This document shows, piece by piece, positions 8,125 through 17,943 of a stretch of 64,000 nt of DNA. The DNA lies in assembly GCA_016872385.1 (NCBI GenBank), contig VGZV01000003.1, forward strand, positions 7,294 through 71,293, in the 5' to 3' direction. Under the pieces are notes generated by a model. The model was not told where the DNA came from, ran no database searches, and saw nothing but the letters and a program-made list of their open reading frames with translations. Origin of the DNA: SAR202 cluster bacterium. Its GTDB lineage: Bacteria > Chloroflexota > Dehalococcoidia > Lucifugimonadales > UBA3495. Position numbers and translations under genes: made by a program. Position 1 is the first letter of the stretch. The number at the start of each line of letters is the position of its first letter.

Positions 8125-9267
8125 TCAGCGCATGTGCGCCCGGGTTTTCCGAAACTCGAACTTGGGGCACCGGTTGCCGGGGTTTGGCTCCGTGACAAAC
8201 TGCAACTGAAGCGTGCAGCCTGTGCCATCGTAATTCACGCAGTTGCCGCAGGCCTTGAGCAGGTAGCCGCAGCGGGCGCAGTGGTGCTGAGCGTTAAAGC
8301 TGTCCCGGTAGGTGCGGCGTCCGCAGTGGTGGCAGTGGTAAGCCAGCGGCCCTTGCAAGTATGACGGAGCTGCGGTAGTGATGTTAGATGGCGTGAGGAG
8401 CACCGGCACGGGAGAGCTGTGCAGCACCTGGTCCGCCACGCTGCCCAGCACGGCGCGGGCCAGCCCAGTGCGGCCGTGAGAGGACATGACCACCACATCC
8501 GCCTGAACGCGCTCAATTTCCTGAACAATTCCCTCCGCCGGGTGGCCCGTGCGAATTTCATGCATAACCGCCACTCCGGCGGCCGCCAGGTTAGGCAGCA
8601 GAGTCTTCAAATAGGCCAGGGTCTCCCGGCGCTGCTGCGTTATGATTCCGGCGGTGGCCGCGCCTTCTGACGTGGAGGCCGGGGGGTGCTCCACATACAA
8701 TATGGTGACCTGGGCGCCGGGAGTCCGGGCCAGCACTTCCACGTGGGGCAACGCCTGTTCCGCCAGGGGTGAGCCGTCCACCGGCGCAAGAATGCGCTTA
8801 ATCTGGGCGGGCTGCCGCAGGGGTACGTCGGAGGCGCGCACCAGGAAAAGGGGTAAATCCGCGCCCCGCAGCAGTTTCTCCGCCACACTGCCCATGCTCC
8901 ACCGGTCGAATCCCGACCGCCCGTGGGTGCACAGCACCATCAGGTCTATGTCGCTATCCTCGGCAGTCCTGAGGATGACCCCAGGCACTCCGGCGATGGG
9001 CGCCCGCACCGCAATCACATTGATGTTGGGGGCCGTAAAGCCCTTGGGCCAGGCCCGCTTAAGCAGGGTTGCCTGGTTCTGCAGGTAGCCTTCCGACATC
9101 TTGAGCTGTTCTGGCGTGGCCTCTTCCACCACTGTGAGCAAAGTCACTTGGGAGGCCCCGCCGGCGGTGGCAATTACCGGCACCCAAGGCATCACCTTTT
9201 CCGCTATTGGCGATCCATCCAGGGTTACAAGAATCTTGTCGTACATGGCCAACGTCCTATGTGTCAA
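8125..9267 (-). CDS. Tandem-domain universal stress protein with C-terminal Cys-rich (zinc-ribbon-like) extension
   Basis: Two USP units (KILVTLDGS...THGRSGFDRWSMGS and ILAPVDGS...SHGRTGLARAVLGS). Followed by CHHCGRRTYRDSFNAQHHCARCGYLLKACGNCVNYDGTGC....NRCPKF. Confidence 0.8.
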   Translation of the reverse strand: MTHRTLAMYDKILVTLDGSPIAEKVMPWVPVIATAGGASQVTLLTVVEEATPEQLKMSEGYLQNQATLLKRAWPKGFTAPNINVIAVRAPIAGVPGVILRTAEDSDIDLMVLCTHGRSGFDRWSMGSVAEKLLRGADLPLFLVRASDVPLRQPAQIKRILAPVDGSPLAEQALPHVEVLARTPGAQVTILYVEHPPASTSEGAATAGIITQQRRETLAYLKTLLPNLAAAGVAVMHEIRTGHPAEGIVQEIERVQADVVVMSSHGRTGLARAVLGSVADQVLHSSPVPVLLTPSNITTAAPSYLQGPLAYHCHHCGRRTYRDSFNAQHHCARCGYLLKACGNCVNYDGTGCTLQLQFVTEPNPGNRCPKFEFRKTRAHMR

Positions 9268-9298
9268 TGTCTAGAGGAGTGTTTGGTTTCCGCCCTGC

Positions 9299-9910
9299 TT
9301 AGAACCGCCACCAGGACTCATGTTCCTGCAATGGCAATTCCATCATCACCAGGTCCTGATAGTTGCCCCACATATCCCGGATCCGGCCTTTCAAAGTGGC
9401 CACCACCTGGAACCCCACGCTTTCGGCAGCCATAATGGCGGCGGTTTCCCGCTGGGCCACCAGTTCAAAGGTGGCCTTATTCAGGCCCATTTCCGAGGCG
9501 ATGTCCAGAAGCTCCCGGATTAGCCGGCGGCCCAAGCCCAGCTCGCGGAACTCCGGGTCCACCACCACCCGCAATTCGCCCACGTGGCGGCGCGCCGGAG
9601 CCCGGCTGCGGTGCAAGGTGGCGTCGGCCACAATCTGGTCGTTGGAAATGGCTACCAGGGGCACCACACGGTCAAAGTCAATATTATTGGTCCAGTGGGC
9701 AATTACCTCAGGAGAGGTAACATTTTCCTTGAGGTAGTAGCGCTCCGATTCCGGGATGCGCTCAAAAAAATGGGCCAGCCGGATTTTATCCCCGTCTTGC
9801 AGGGGTCGTATTTCTACTGCGGTGCCATCCCGCAGGCGGCTTACCTTGGGGTATGCATCAGCGTTGGGTAGCGGCGCCATCTTTCCTCCCTTCAGGCTGT
9901 GGCTTATCAA
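9299..9910 (-). CDS. GNAT-family N-acetyltransferase (Pat-type protein acetyltransferase-like)
   Basis: RLRDGTAVEIRPLQDGD...ESERYYL N-terminal pattern and acetyl-CoA motif A (VVVDPEFRELGLGRRLIREL). Same strand as the three USP genes, with a 31-nt gap to the first. Confidence 0.75.
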   Translation of the reverse strand: MISHSLKGGKMAPLPNADAYPKVSRLRDGTAVEIRPLQDGDKIRLAHFFERIPESERYYLKENVTSPEVIAHWTNNIDFDRVVPLVAISNDQIVADATLHRSRAPARRHVGELRVVVDPEFRELGLGRRLIRELLDIASEMGLNKATFELVAQRETAAIMAAESVGFQVVATLKGRIRDMWGNYQDLVMMELPLQEHESWWRF

Positions 9911-10329
9911 GTGATATGAGGGACTTCTTATGCGCCCCAGCCAACAGCATTACCATAGCTTCCGGGTGTGGTCTATCCATGAAGATTCAAGGCCCCTGCT
10001 GTGAAAGTCTTGTGAATGCCCGTCAGCATCCAGAAGTTGCTAAACTTGGAGATATGCAGAGGGTGGGATCACCGGGGCAGCCTTTCCTGTTGGACGAGGG
10101 CACTCTGCCGCTGCAAATTGCTCACGCGGCGTTCACGCTATAGCTCCTCAATTTCACGGACTCTGCATGGCTGCCGGTTAGGCTCAAACTACTACAAGCG
10201 TGGGGTGCAGGTCCGTTCTTAACGTCAGTGGCAAGGATACCTGGTGTGGGCAACCTTGGCAACTATAGCCAGGGAGTTGCCAGGGCGGTTTCATTCTCTG
10301 GCCTGGGGGAATACATTGTGGGTTGAGTG

Positions 10330-10730
10330 GTCCCGATTTTATCGGGACGTATCGAAATCAACAGTAACATGGTCTCGATACGTCCCGACGGTGTCGGGAC
10401 ACTCGATCATCAGATGCTGGCAAATGAAACGGCCCTGGGTGTTGCAGCCTAAGACCGTGTTTAAAAAGTCATTGCGAGGGGCGTAGCCCCGAAGCAATCG
10501 CGTGCCCAGGACAAGATTGCTTCGCTTCACTCGCAATGACCAGAGGCAATCTTTTTAGACACATTCTAAGAGGGTGTGTGACAATTCCCGCTGGTGGTGA
10601 GTCCCGACGTATCGGGATCCCGACCAGGTCGGGGCTTGTCGAACCATGAGCGGGCTAAAAGCTACGCATCCTTCGACAAGCTCAGGATGAGCGGGCTGGG
10701 TAGACGGCATTTCTCACACAGGCTCTAAGG
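10330..10730. repeat. Composite array of hairpin modules (family C plus nested modules)
   Basis: Contains the reverse copy of GTCATTGCGAG..AAGCAATC..GATTGCTTCG..CTCGCAATGAC (10470-10545). Also contains the nested unit CTGGTGGTGAG[TCCCGACGTATCGGGATCCCGACCAGGTCGGGGCT]TGTCGAACCATGAG, shared with 31060-31119. Confidence 0.85.
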
Positions 10731-10740
10731 AGGTGCGAAT

Positions 10741-11010
10741 ATGTGGTGGTGGAATATGCACGACGGGTTTGGCTGGGGCGGCGGCTGGTGGATGCTGGCG
10801 AACGTGGTGTGGATGCTGCTGTTTTGGGGTGGCATAATCTGGCTGGCGGTTTGGGGCATCAATAAACTGGCGGGCGGCAGGGCCAAAGAAGAGACGCCCC
10901 TTAAAATTGCGGAGCGCCGCTATGCCCGCGGCGAGATTACTCGCGATGAGTTTGAGAATATCCGCAAGACCCTGGCCGGCGGCGGGCCAACCCCGGCGGC
11001 GTCACCATAG
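10741..11010 (+). CDS. SHOCT-domain small membrane protein
   Basis: AAGGAGG RBS. Trp/Gly-rich hydrophobic N-terminus, and a C-terminal RRYARGEITRDEFENIRKTL matching the SHOCT (short C-terminal) domain pattern. Confidence 0.75.
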   Translation: MWWWNMHDGFGWGGGWWMLANVVWMLLFWGGIIWLAVWGINKLAGGRAKEETPLKIAERRYARGEITRDEFENIRKTLAGGGPTPAASP

Positions 11011-11024
11011 GATTGGATATCTGA

Positions 11025-12431
11025 GTGGTGGCCCGCCCCCAAGTAGGAGATCGAGGTTCCATGTCTGGTTCAGGCGCGCCTGGTAACGGGAATGGAGCGC
11101 CGCATTTGCGGCGAAGCGTGAACGCCTTTGAGTTGACCGCCACCGGCGTAGGCATAATTGTGGGGGCGGGCATCTTTGTGCTGCTGGGCCTGGCCGCTGC
11201 CATGGCGGGCGGGGCCATCTGGATTCCCTTCTTGCTGGCTGCCGCGGCCGCAGCCGTAACGGGCCTCAGCTATGCGGAGTTATCTTCCATGTTCCCCAGC
11301 GCTGGGGCGTCATTCTACTATGTGCGCCAGGCCTTTGGGGCCAACCCAGCCTTCATGGTGGGATGGCTAATGGTCTTTGCCAACGTCATCTCCGCTTCGG
11401 CGGTGGCACTGGGGTTCTCCGGATACCTTTCGTCTTTCACCGTGGTGGCCCTGGCTCCGGTGGCCATAGCGCTAATTCTGGTGGCGGGTGTCATCCTGGT
11501 CATTGGAGTCAAGGAGTCGGTGAGCCTGGGTGTGGTGTTCACGGGGATTGAGGTCTTGGCGCTGATCATCGCCGTGGCAGTGGGCGTGCGGTTTATCGGA
11601 CGGGTGGACTATCTGGAAATGCCTTTGGGCATGGCTGGAGTGCTTCAAGCCACTACCCTGGTGTTTTTCGCCTATCTGGGGTTCGAGCAAATTGCCAGCC
11701 TCAGCGAAGAGGCCAAGAACCCTGCCAGGAGCATTCCGGCGGCCATTTTGCTGGCGGTGGCCATTACGACGGCATTGTACGTGGCGGTGGCCGTAACCGC
11801 GGTAAGCGTGCTGGGGTGGCAGGAGCTTAGCCGTTCTCCCGCTCCCCTGGCGGAAGTGGTCCGCAGGGCCACGGGCGCCCATGTGGGTGTGGTGGTGGGG
11901 ATTATGGCGCTGTTTGCCACTGCCAATACGGTGCTGTTCTTGTTGCTGACCTCGGCGCGGCTTACCTATGGCATGGCTGTGGCGGGCAGTCTCCCCAAGG
12001 TGTTAAGCGCCGTCCATCCCAGGCGCAAGACCCCCTGGTTGGCGACGCTGGCTACCGTGGTTATTGGGGTGGTTTTCGTCTTTTTTGGCGACATTGAAGA
12101 CGTGGCCCAGTTAAGCAACTTTGCCATAATCGCAGCCTTTCTGCTGGTCAATGCTGCGCTCATTTACCTGCGGTACACCAGCCCTGATGCGCCCCGTCCT
12201 TTCCGGACCCCTGGCAGACTGGGCAGAATGCCGGTGACCCCCCTGCTGGGCATTGGTCTCTCACTGTTCATGCTGGCCCAGTTGGAGGCGCGTGTGCTTG
12301 CCTATGGCGCGCTTATTGCCCTGGCCGGTCTGGCGGTGTCCATGCTGCTGCGCCGGGTTGGGCTGGCGGGGGATGAGGCATTGCCTCCACGGTCAACTGC
12401 CCGGCAAACTTCACCAGGCGGAGATAGTTAA
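11025..12431 (+). CDS. APC-superfamily amino acid permease
   Basis: 468-aa polytopic protein. FELTATGVGIIVGAGIFVL N-terminal signature typical of APC permeases. The start may be the internal MSGSG. Confidence 0.8.
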   Translation: MVARPQVGDRGSMSGSGAPGNGNGAPHLRRSVNAFELTATGVGIIVGAGIFVLLGLAAAMAGGAIWIPFLLAAAAAAVTGLSYAELSSMFPSAGASFYYVRQAFGANPAFMVGWLMVFANVISASAVALGFSGYLSSFTVVALAPVAIALILVAGVILVIGVKESVSLGVVFTGIEVLALIIAVAVGVRFIGRVDYLEMPLGMAGVLQATTLVFFAYLGFEQIASLSEEAKNPARSIPAAILLAVAITTALYVAVAVTAVSVLGWQELSRSPAPLAEVVRRATGAHVGVVVGIMALFATANTVLFLLLTSARLTYGMAVAGSLPKVLSAVHPRRKTPWLATLATVVIGVVFVFFGDIEDVAQLSNFAIIAAFLLVNAALIYLRYTSPDAPRPFRTPGRLGRMPVTPLLGIGLSLFMLAQLEARVLAYGALIALAGLAVSMLLRRVGLAGDEALPPRSTARQTSPGGDS

Positions 12432-12443
12432 GGCAGCGGAATA

Positions 12444-13097
12444 ATGGCGCGGGATTTTTTGGCTCCGCTGCTGTTAAATGAAAAGGAGACTGGTAATTTG
12501 GACTGGCAAGGCGGCCTGTCGGCCTTTGGACTGCTGATTTTGATGGAACTGGGTGACAAAACCCAGCTCCTGGTGATGAGCCTCACCGCCCAGACATCCA
12601 GGGGCGCCGCCGTATTTGTGGGCGGCGCCCTGGCCCTGGCCGTCCTCACTCTGGCGGCGGTGGTGGTGGGAGTATTGGCCGGAGAATTGGTGCCGGTGGT
12701 CTGGCTTTCCCGTGCGGCCGGGGTATTATTTCTGGGTATTGGCGCTTTAACCCTCTGGTCTAACCGTCCCGGGGCGCATGGCGATGAGGAAGGCCACAAG
12801 AATGGCGCTGCTCCCCGCCGCCGGAGCGCGCTGGGCACTCTGGCGGCTGCTTTTGGGCTGCTGCTGGTGGCGGAAATGGGGGACAAGAGCCAATTGGCGG
12901 TGCTGGGCCTAACGGTAAAGACCAGCAGTCCGGTGGCGGTCTTTGTGGGCGCCACCCTGGCCCTGGCGCTGCTGACCCTCCTGTCTGTTCTGGTGGGCAA
13001 GATTGTGGCGCGGCTGGTGCCCCAGCGCACCGTGTCCCTGGTTGGCGGGCTTATCTTTGTAGTGGTGGGCATCCTGACCCTGGCTGGGGTTTTCTGA
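12444..13097 (+). CDS. GDT1/TMEM165 (UPF0016) family cation (Ca2+/Mn2+) transporter
   Basis: Two copies of the family signature E-x-G-D-K-(T/S): MELGDKTQLLV and AEMGDKSQLAV, in a two-repeat membrane protein. Confidence 0.85.
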   Translation: MARDFLAPLLLNEKETGNLDWQGGLSAFGLLILMELGDKTQLLVMSLTAQTSRGAAVFVGGALALAVLTLAAVVVGVLAGELVPVVWLSRAAGVLFLGIGALTLWSNRPGAHGDEEGHKNGAAPRRRSALGTLAAAFGLLLVAEMGDKSQLAVLGLTVKTSSPVAVFVGATLALALLTLLSVLVGKIVARLVPQRTVSLVGGLIFVVVGILTLAGVF

Positions 13098-13111
13098 AGC
13101 CCTGACAGGAG

Positions 13112-14230
13112 GTGGCAAGAGTGGCCGCTGCATATCCAGCGCTAGTCCAGGCCTTGCTCCAGCCCCAGGCATACCCTGGGGGTGTGACCTCGGTGGAACT
13201 GGTGGAAACCCACGTGTCCTACATATTCCTTACGGGAGAGCACGCCTACAAAGTAAAGAAGCCAGTAAACTACGGCTTTCTGGACTTTACCACCCTGGAG
13301 AAGCGGCGCTACTTTTGCGGACAAGAGGTGGCGCTAAACCGCCGTATGGCCCCGGAGGTATATTTGGGAGTGTCTGAGGTGCGGGAGCAGGCCGGAAACA
13401 TTGGCATGGACGGGCTTGGCCGCACTGTAGAGTACGCAGTGCGAATGCGCCAGTTGCCCCGCCACCGGGCCATGAATGTGCTGCTTCCCCTGGGGCGGGT
13501 GTCTAAAGCCCATGTGCGCCGCCTGGCAGCAAAAATAGCCCGGTTCCATGCCAATGCCGCCGCCACTTCAGAAATCGCCCGGCTGGGCGGGTTGGAGCGT
13601 GTGCGCCAGAATGTCCAGGAGAACCTGGCCCAAATGCAGCCCTATGTGGGCTGGTGTCTTTCGCAGCAGGTCTTTGACACTTTATCGGCCTACAGTAACA
13701 GCTTCTTGATGGCAAAGGCAGGCCTATTCCAGTCCCGGGCCAGCCAGGGCCGGGTCCGCGACTGCCACGGCGACCTGCATACCGCCCAAATTTTCTTGCT
13801 GTCCGAGCCACAGGCAGAAGGTGGTTGGGACGGCATCAGCATCATTGACTGCATTGAGTTCAATGAGCGGTTCCGCTACTGCGACGTGGCCGAGGACATT
13901 GCCTTTCTAGCCATGGACCTGGACTACTACCAGCGCCCCGACTTGTCCCAATGCTTTGTCCAAGCCTACGTTGCCGAGTCTGGGGACCCCGGCGTGCTGG
14001 ACTTGCTGGACTTCTTCAAGGTCTACCGTGCCTGCGTCCGGGGCAAGGTCACTGCTTTTCGCCTGAATTTGCCTGCCCAGCCGGTGGCCCCCGGTGTATG
14101 GGCTGACCGGGTGGACAACGAACAGCGCCAACTCATGGCCGCGTCCAGGGTCTATTTCCAGTTGGCCGCCAGTTACGTTCCGGGGGAATCTGGCCCAGGC
14201 TCACCCGCTGTCCAGGAAGGCAAGGCATAA
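13112..14230 (+). CDS. APH/choline-kinase-fold phosphotransferase-like protein (COG2187-like)
   Basis: GGAGG RBS with a GTG start. VETHVSYIFLTGEHAYKVKKPV N-terminus and a catalytic-loop-like DCHGDLHTAQIF (HxDxxxxN-type). Confidence 0.55.
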   Translation: MARVAAAYPALVQALLQPQAYPGGVTSVELVETHVSYIFLTGEHAYKVKKPVNYGFLDFTTLEKRRYFCGQEVALNRRMAPEVYLGVSEVREQAGNIGMDGLGRTVEYAVRMRQLPRHRAMNVLLPLGRVSKAHVRRLAAKIARFHANAAATSEIARLGGLERVRQNVQENLAQMQPYVGWCLSQQVFDTLSAYSNSFLMAKAGLFQSRASQGRVRDCHGDLHTAQIFLLSEPQAEGGWDGISIIDCIEFNERFRYCDVAEDIAFLAMDLDYYQRPDLSQCFVQAYVAESGDPGVLDLLDFFKVYRACVRGKVTAFRLNLPAQPVAPGVWADRVDNEQRQLMAASRVYFQLAASYVPGESGPGSPAVQEGKA

Positions 14231-14266
14231 CTATGCTCCGGCACGTTATGGAGCAACGTACCGTAT

Positions 14267-17008
14267 ATGGCCCAATGGCGGCGCTGGGCGCCCCCTGGCG
14301 TCCCGAATCCTCTTACTTCCGATGGAGGCAGGGTGGCGTCTGAGCCGGTACGGCAAACTCCCCCGGTGGCGGGGCGAAAGTCCCCTGCCTGGCACGCCAT
14401 GCCTGCGGCGGCAGCCTTGGCGGAGCTGGGTTCCAGCGCCCAGGGTCTCTCCAGTCAAGAGGCTGACCAGCGTCTCCGGCTCACCGGCCCCAACCAACTC
14501 CAGTCCGCCCCTCCGGCCTCGGCTTTGCTGCTCTTTTTGGCGGAGTTCCGCAGCCCCCTCATTCTGGTGCTGCTGGCCTCTGCCGTCCTCCTTTTCGCGG
14601 TGGCCTTTGTGGGCCACGATCCAGAACAGAACATTGACGCCGCGCTAATCCTGACCATTGTCCTGATTAACGGCATTCTGGGCTTTGTCCAGAATTTCCG
14701 GGCCCAACGGGGCATTGAGGCGTTGCAGCGCCTGAGCGCACCCACGGCGTCATTTCTGCGGGATGGAGTGGTCCGCTCCGGCCCTGCGTCCATGCTGGTG
14801 CCTGGCGACGTGGCGCTGCTGGAGGAAGGCGACCGGGTGCCCGCCGATGGCCGCCTCATCGAAGCCTATGACCTCCGGCTGGACGAGTCCCCTTTGACGG
14901 GAGAAAGCCTTCCGGTGGCCAAGGATATTGCGCCGCTGCCTGGCGCGGCCGCCCTGGCGGACCGGACCAACATGGCCTATCTGGGCGCCACGGTCATGCG
15001 GGGCCGCGGCCGCATGGTGATTGCCGCCACCGGCATGATTACCGAGGTGGGCCAGATTGCCCGGGAGATTCAGGCCGCCCCAGATGGCCCCACGCCCTTC
15101 CAGCGCCGGGTAGCCCAACTGGGCCGGTGGATAACCATTATTATTGCCGGGCTGCTGGTGATTATCGCCAGCCTGCAACTGCTGGTGGGCCACTTCTCCC
15201 TGCTGGAGACCTTTGTGGCCTCTGTGGCGCTGGCAGTGGCCGCCATCCCCGAAGGCTTGCCGGTGGTGCTCACCCTGGCTCTGGCCCTGGGCACCCGGCG
15301 GATGCTGGAACGGCGGTGCCTGGTGCGGTCCCTGCCCGTGGTGGAAATTGTGGGTTCTGCCGACGTTATCTGCTCCGACAAGACCGGCACTATTACCGAG
15401 GGGCGCATGAGTCTGCGGACGCTGTTCTGGCAGGAGCGCTTCCTGGAAGTTACCGGCGAAGCGGCCGCTGATACCGGTCAGTTCCTGGACCAGGGGACCC
15501 CCACCGACCAGCGGGACAACCCGGCCCTGCTGGCTGCCGGACTGTGCAACAATGCCCAGCGCAACCCTGACGGAGTATATCAAGGAGACCCCACCGAGAC
15601 GGCGTTGCTGGCGGGTGTGCATAAGGGAGGGGTTGACCTAGCGGCCTGGACCCGCACCGATGAAATTCCCTTCTCTTCGGAACGGCGGATGATGAGTGTG
15701 GTTGCCCGCCGTGGAGCGGAGCACCGCGTTTTTGTGAAGGGGGCGCCGGAGGTGGTCATCCGTCGGTGTACACGGGTGCAGACCCCAGATGGCCCGGCGC
15801 CGCTCACTGATGAGGCCAGGGAGCATCTGTTGCAAGTGACCAGCCAGCTGGCTGGTCAGGCCCTGCGGGTGCTGGCCCTGGCCGGCAAAGACGGCCTGCC
15901 GCCGTCCAGGGAGCAGGTGGAGCAAGACCTGGTGTTCCTGGGGTTTGCCGGGCTTAACGACCCGCCCAGGGAGGCTGCCCGCCGAGCGGTGGCTGATGCG
16001 GCCCAGGCAGGCATCCGGGTAGTAATGATTACCGGGGACAACCTGGCCACCGCCCTGGCCATTGCCCGGGAGGTGGGGATTAGTGGGGAGGGGGTGGAAG
16101 GCAGCGCGCTTAACGACCTGGACGACGCAGCTGTGACCAGCTTGGTCAACCGGGTCAGTGTGTTTGCCCGCGCCGAGCCGGTGCACAAGCTGCGGCTGAC
16201 CCGCGCCCTGCAGGAGTCCGGGCAGGTAGTGGTGATGACCGGCGACGGCGTCAATGACGCCCCAGCCTTGAAAGGGGCCGACGTGGGCATCGCCATGGGC
16301 GTGCGCGGCACCGACGTGGCCCGGGACGCTTCCGACATGGTCCTGTTGGACGACAACTTTGACAGTATTGTGGCGGCGGTGGAAGAGGGCCGCCGCACCT
16401 TCGCCAACATCAAAAAGTTCGTGACCTACCTGCTGGTGAGCAACCTGGCCGAGGTGCTGGTGGTGCTGGCCGCGTCGCTGTTTGGCATTTTGCCGGTGAC
16501 CGCGGTGCAAATCCTGTGGATTAACCTGGTGACCGATGGCATCCCAGCCATGGCCCTGGGCCTGGACCCCGCCGCGCCAGGGCTGATGGGCCGTGCGCTG
16601 AAGGAGCGGAGCATAATTGGGCGGGGCATGATCGGCCACATCCTGGGGGTTGGCCTGGTGCAGACCGTTATTACCCTGGGCAGCTTTGTGGCGGGGCTGG
16701 TGTTGTTTGACCTGGAGACGGCCCGCACCATTGCATTCACTTCCTTCCCGCTCCAAGAATACGGCCATCTGGTGGTGCTGCGCCGGTTAGAGGGCGCGCC
16801 CCTGCTGAAAAACCGGTGGCTGGTGCTGGCGGTGGCGGCCAGCTTGTCGTTGCAGCTTTTGGTAATTTACTCTCCGCTGGGCGGGCTGTTTGGAGTGATT
16901 CCCCTGGGCCTGATAGAATGGGGCATCTTGCTGGGCGGCATGGCGGCTGGTCTGCTGGCCTCCATCCTGGTGGCCCAGTGGTGCCGCCGCTGGCTGGGCG
17001 AAATCTGA
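14267..17008 (+). CDS. P-type cation-transporting ATPase (type II, Ca2+/Mg2+-ATPase-like)
   Basis: Motifs present: TGES, CSDKTGTITEG (phosphorylation site), MITGDN, MTGDGVNDAPALK. About 10 TM segments. Confidence 0.9.
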   Translation: MAQWRRWAPPGVPNPLTSDGGRVASEPVRQTPPVAGRKSPAWHAMPAAAALAELGSSAQGLSSQEADQRLRLTGPNQLQSAPPASALLLFLAEFRSPLILVLLASAVLLFAVAFVGHDPEQNIDAALILTIVLINGILGFVQNFRAQRGIEALQRLSAPTASFLRDGVVRSGPASMLVPGDVALLEEGDRVPADGRLIEAYDLRLDESPLTGESLPVAKDIAPLPGAAALADRTNMAYLGATVMRGRGRMVIAATGMITEVGQIAREIQAAPDGPTPFQRRVAQLGRWITIIIAGLLVIIASLQLLVGHFSLLETFVASVALAVAAIPEGLPVVLTLALALGTRRMLERRCLVRSLPVVEIVGSADVICSDKTGTITEGRMSLRTLFWQERFLEVTGEAAADTGQFLDQGTPTDQRDNPALLAAGLCNNAQRNPDGVYQGDPTETALLAGVHKGGVDLAAWTRTDEIPFSSERRMMSVVARRGAEHRVFVKGAPEVVIRRCTRVQTPDGPAPLTDEAREHLLQVTSQLAGQALRVLALAGKDGLPPSREQVEQDLVFLGFAGLNDPPREAARRAVADAAQAGIRVVMITGDNLATALAIAREVGISGEGVEGSALNDLDDAAVTSLVNRVSVFARAEPVHKLRLTRALQESGQVVVMTGDGVNDAPALKGADVGIAMGVRGTDVARDASDMVLLDDNFDSIVAAVEEGRRTFANIKKFVTYLLVSNLAEVLVVLAASLFGILPVTAVQILWINLVTDGIPAMALGLDPAAPGLMGRALKERSIIGRGMIGHILGVGLVQTVITLGSFVAGLVLFDLETARTIAFTSFPLQEYGHLVVLRRLEGAPLLKNRWLVLAVAASLSLQLLVIYSPLGGLFGVIPLGLIEWGILLGGMAAGLLASILVAQWCRRWLGEI

Positions 17009-17029
17009 GGGCGGTAGTAGCCCGGCGCT

Positions 17030-17125
17030 TTCGTCATTCCGGCGCAGGCCGGAATCCAGGGTCTCCGAGGAGATGCTCGCTCAGTTGCCATACTGGGTTC
17101 CGGCTTCCGCCGGAACGGCGGTGGC
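17030..17125. repeat. Pair of GC hairpins related to family A internal modules
   Basis: ATTCCGGCGCAGGCCGGAAT and GTTCCGGCTTCCGCCGGAAC directly after the ATPase stop. They could act as a terminator. Confidence 0.4.
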
Positions 17126-17151
17126 ATCTTGAAAAGCGTTCTCCATAGCCG

Positions 17152-17943
17152 ATGCAGGAATCACGACTGCCTGGGAGTGTAGGAATTCCACCCATCCTAA
17201 AAGTCACTGACCTGGCCAAGTCCTACAAGCACCTCACCGTGGTGGACCGCATCTCCTTTCAGGTGGAGGAGGGCGAGGTGGTGGGCCTGCTGGGGCCCAA
17301 CGGCGCGGGCAAGACCACCACCATCCATATGCTGCTTTCCCTGGTGAAGCCCAGCGGCGGCAGCATCCAGATTTTCGGCCAGGAGCTGGCCAAAGACCGG
17401 GAAGGCATCCTGGCGCGCATGAACTTCGCTGCTGGCTACGCTGCCCTGCCCTACAACCTCAGCGTGTACGAAAACCTGAACATCTTTTCCCTGCTTTACG
17501 GTATTCCCGACCGCCGCGCCAAAATCGAACAGCTGCTTCAGGAGTTCCAGCTTACCCGCTTCCGCAAGCAGCGCACCGGCGCCCTTTCCAGCGGCGAGCA
17601 GACGCGGGTTGGCCTGGCCAAGGCGTTTCTCAATGATCCCAAGCTGCTGCTCCTGGATGAACCCACTGCATCCCTGGATCCCTCGATAGCCCGTGACCTG
17701 CGCGCCCTGGTGCGGAACAAGATGCGGGCAGTGCAGGGCGCCATCCTGTGGACCTCCCACAATATGCAGGAGATTGAGCGGGTCTGCGACCGCATTATTA
17801 TTCTGAAACAGGGCCGCATTGTGGCCCAGGGCACCTTGGAGCAGTTGCGCCGGCAATTTGAACAGGATGACCTGGAGGAGATTTTTGTGGCGCTGATGGC
17901 CTTGCCGGAGCCTGCAATGGAGCAGACGGAGCGGCCCCGGTGA
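17152..17943 (+). CDS. ABC transporter ATP-binding protein (ABC-2 exporter type)
   Basis: Walker A GPNGAGKTT, signature LSSGEQ, Walker B LLLLDEPT. Confidence 0.9.
   Translation: MQESRLPGSVGIPPILKVTDLAKSYKHLTVVDRISFQVEEGEVVGLLGPNGAGKTTTIHMLLSLVKPSGGSIQIFGQELAKDREGILARMNFAAGYAALPYNLSVYENLNIFSLLYGIPDRRAKIEQLLQEFQLTRFRKQRTGALSSGEQTRVGLAKAFLNDPKLLLLDEPTASLDPSIARDLRALVRNKMRAVQGAILWTSHNMQEIERVCDRIIILKQGRIVAQGTLEQLRRQFEQDDLEEIFVALMALPEPAMEQTERPR

Noticed and set aside
9911-10330. A 420-bp non-coding stretch upstream of the GNAT gene with a few local hairpins (for example GGCAACT...AGTTGCC near 10250-10285)
   Set aside because: I saw no match to any riboswitch or sRNA core I recognise, no repeats shared with the rest of the window, and only short ORFs without support. 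It is left unannotated.
14267-14398. An alternative later start (ATG 14399) for the P-type ATPase
   Set aside because: The conserved N-terminal W-H-A motif lies upstream of that ATG, so the longer ORF from 14267 (or a nearby alternative start) is kept.
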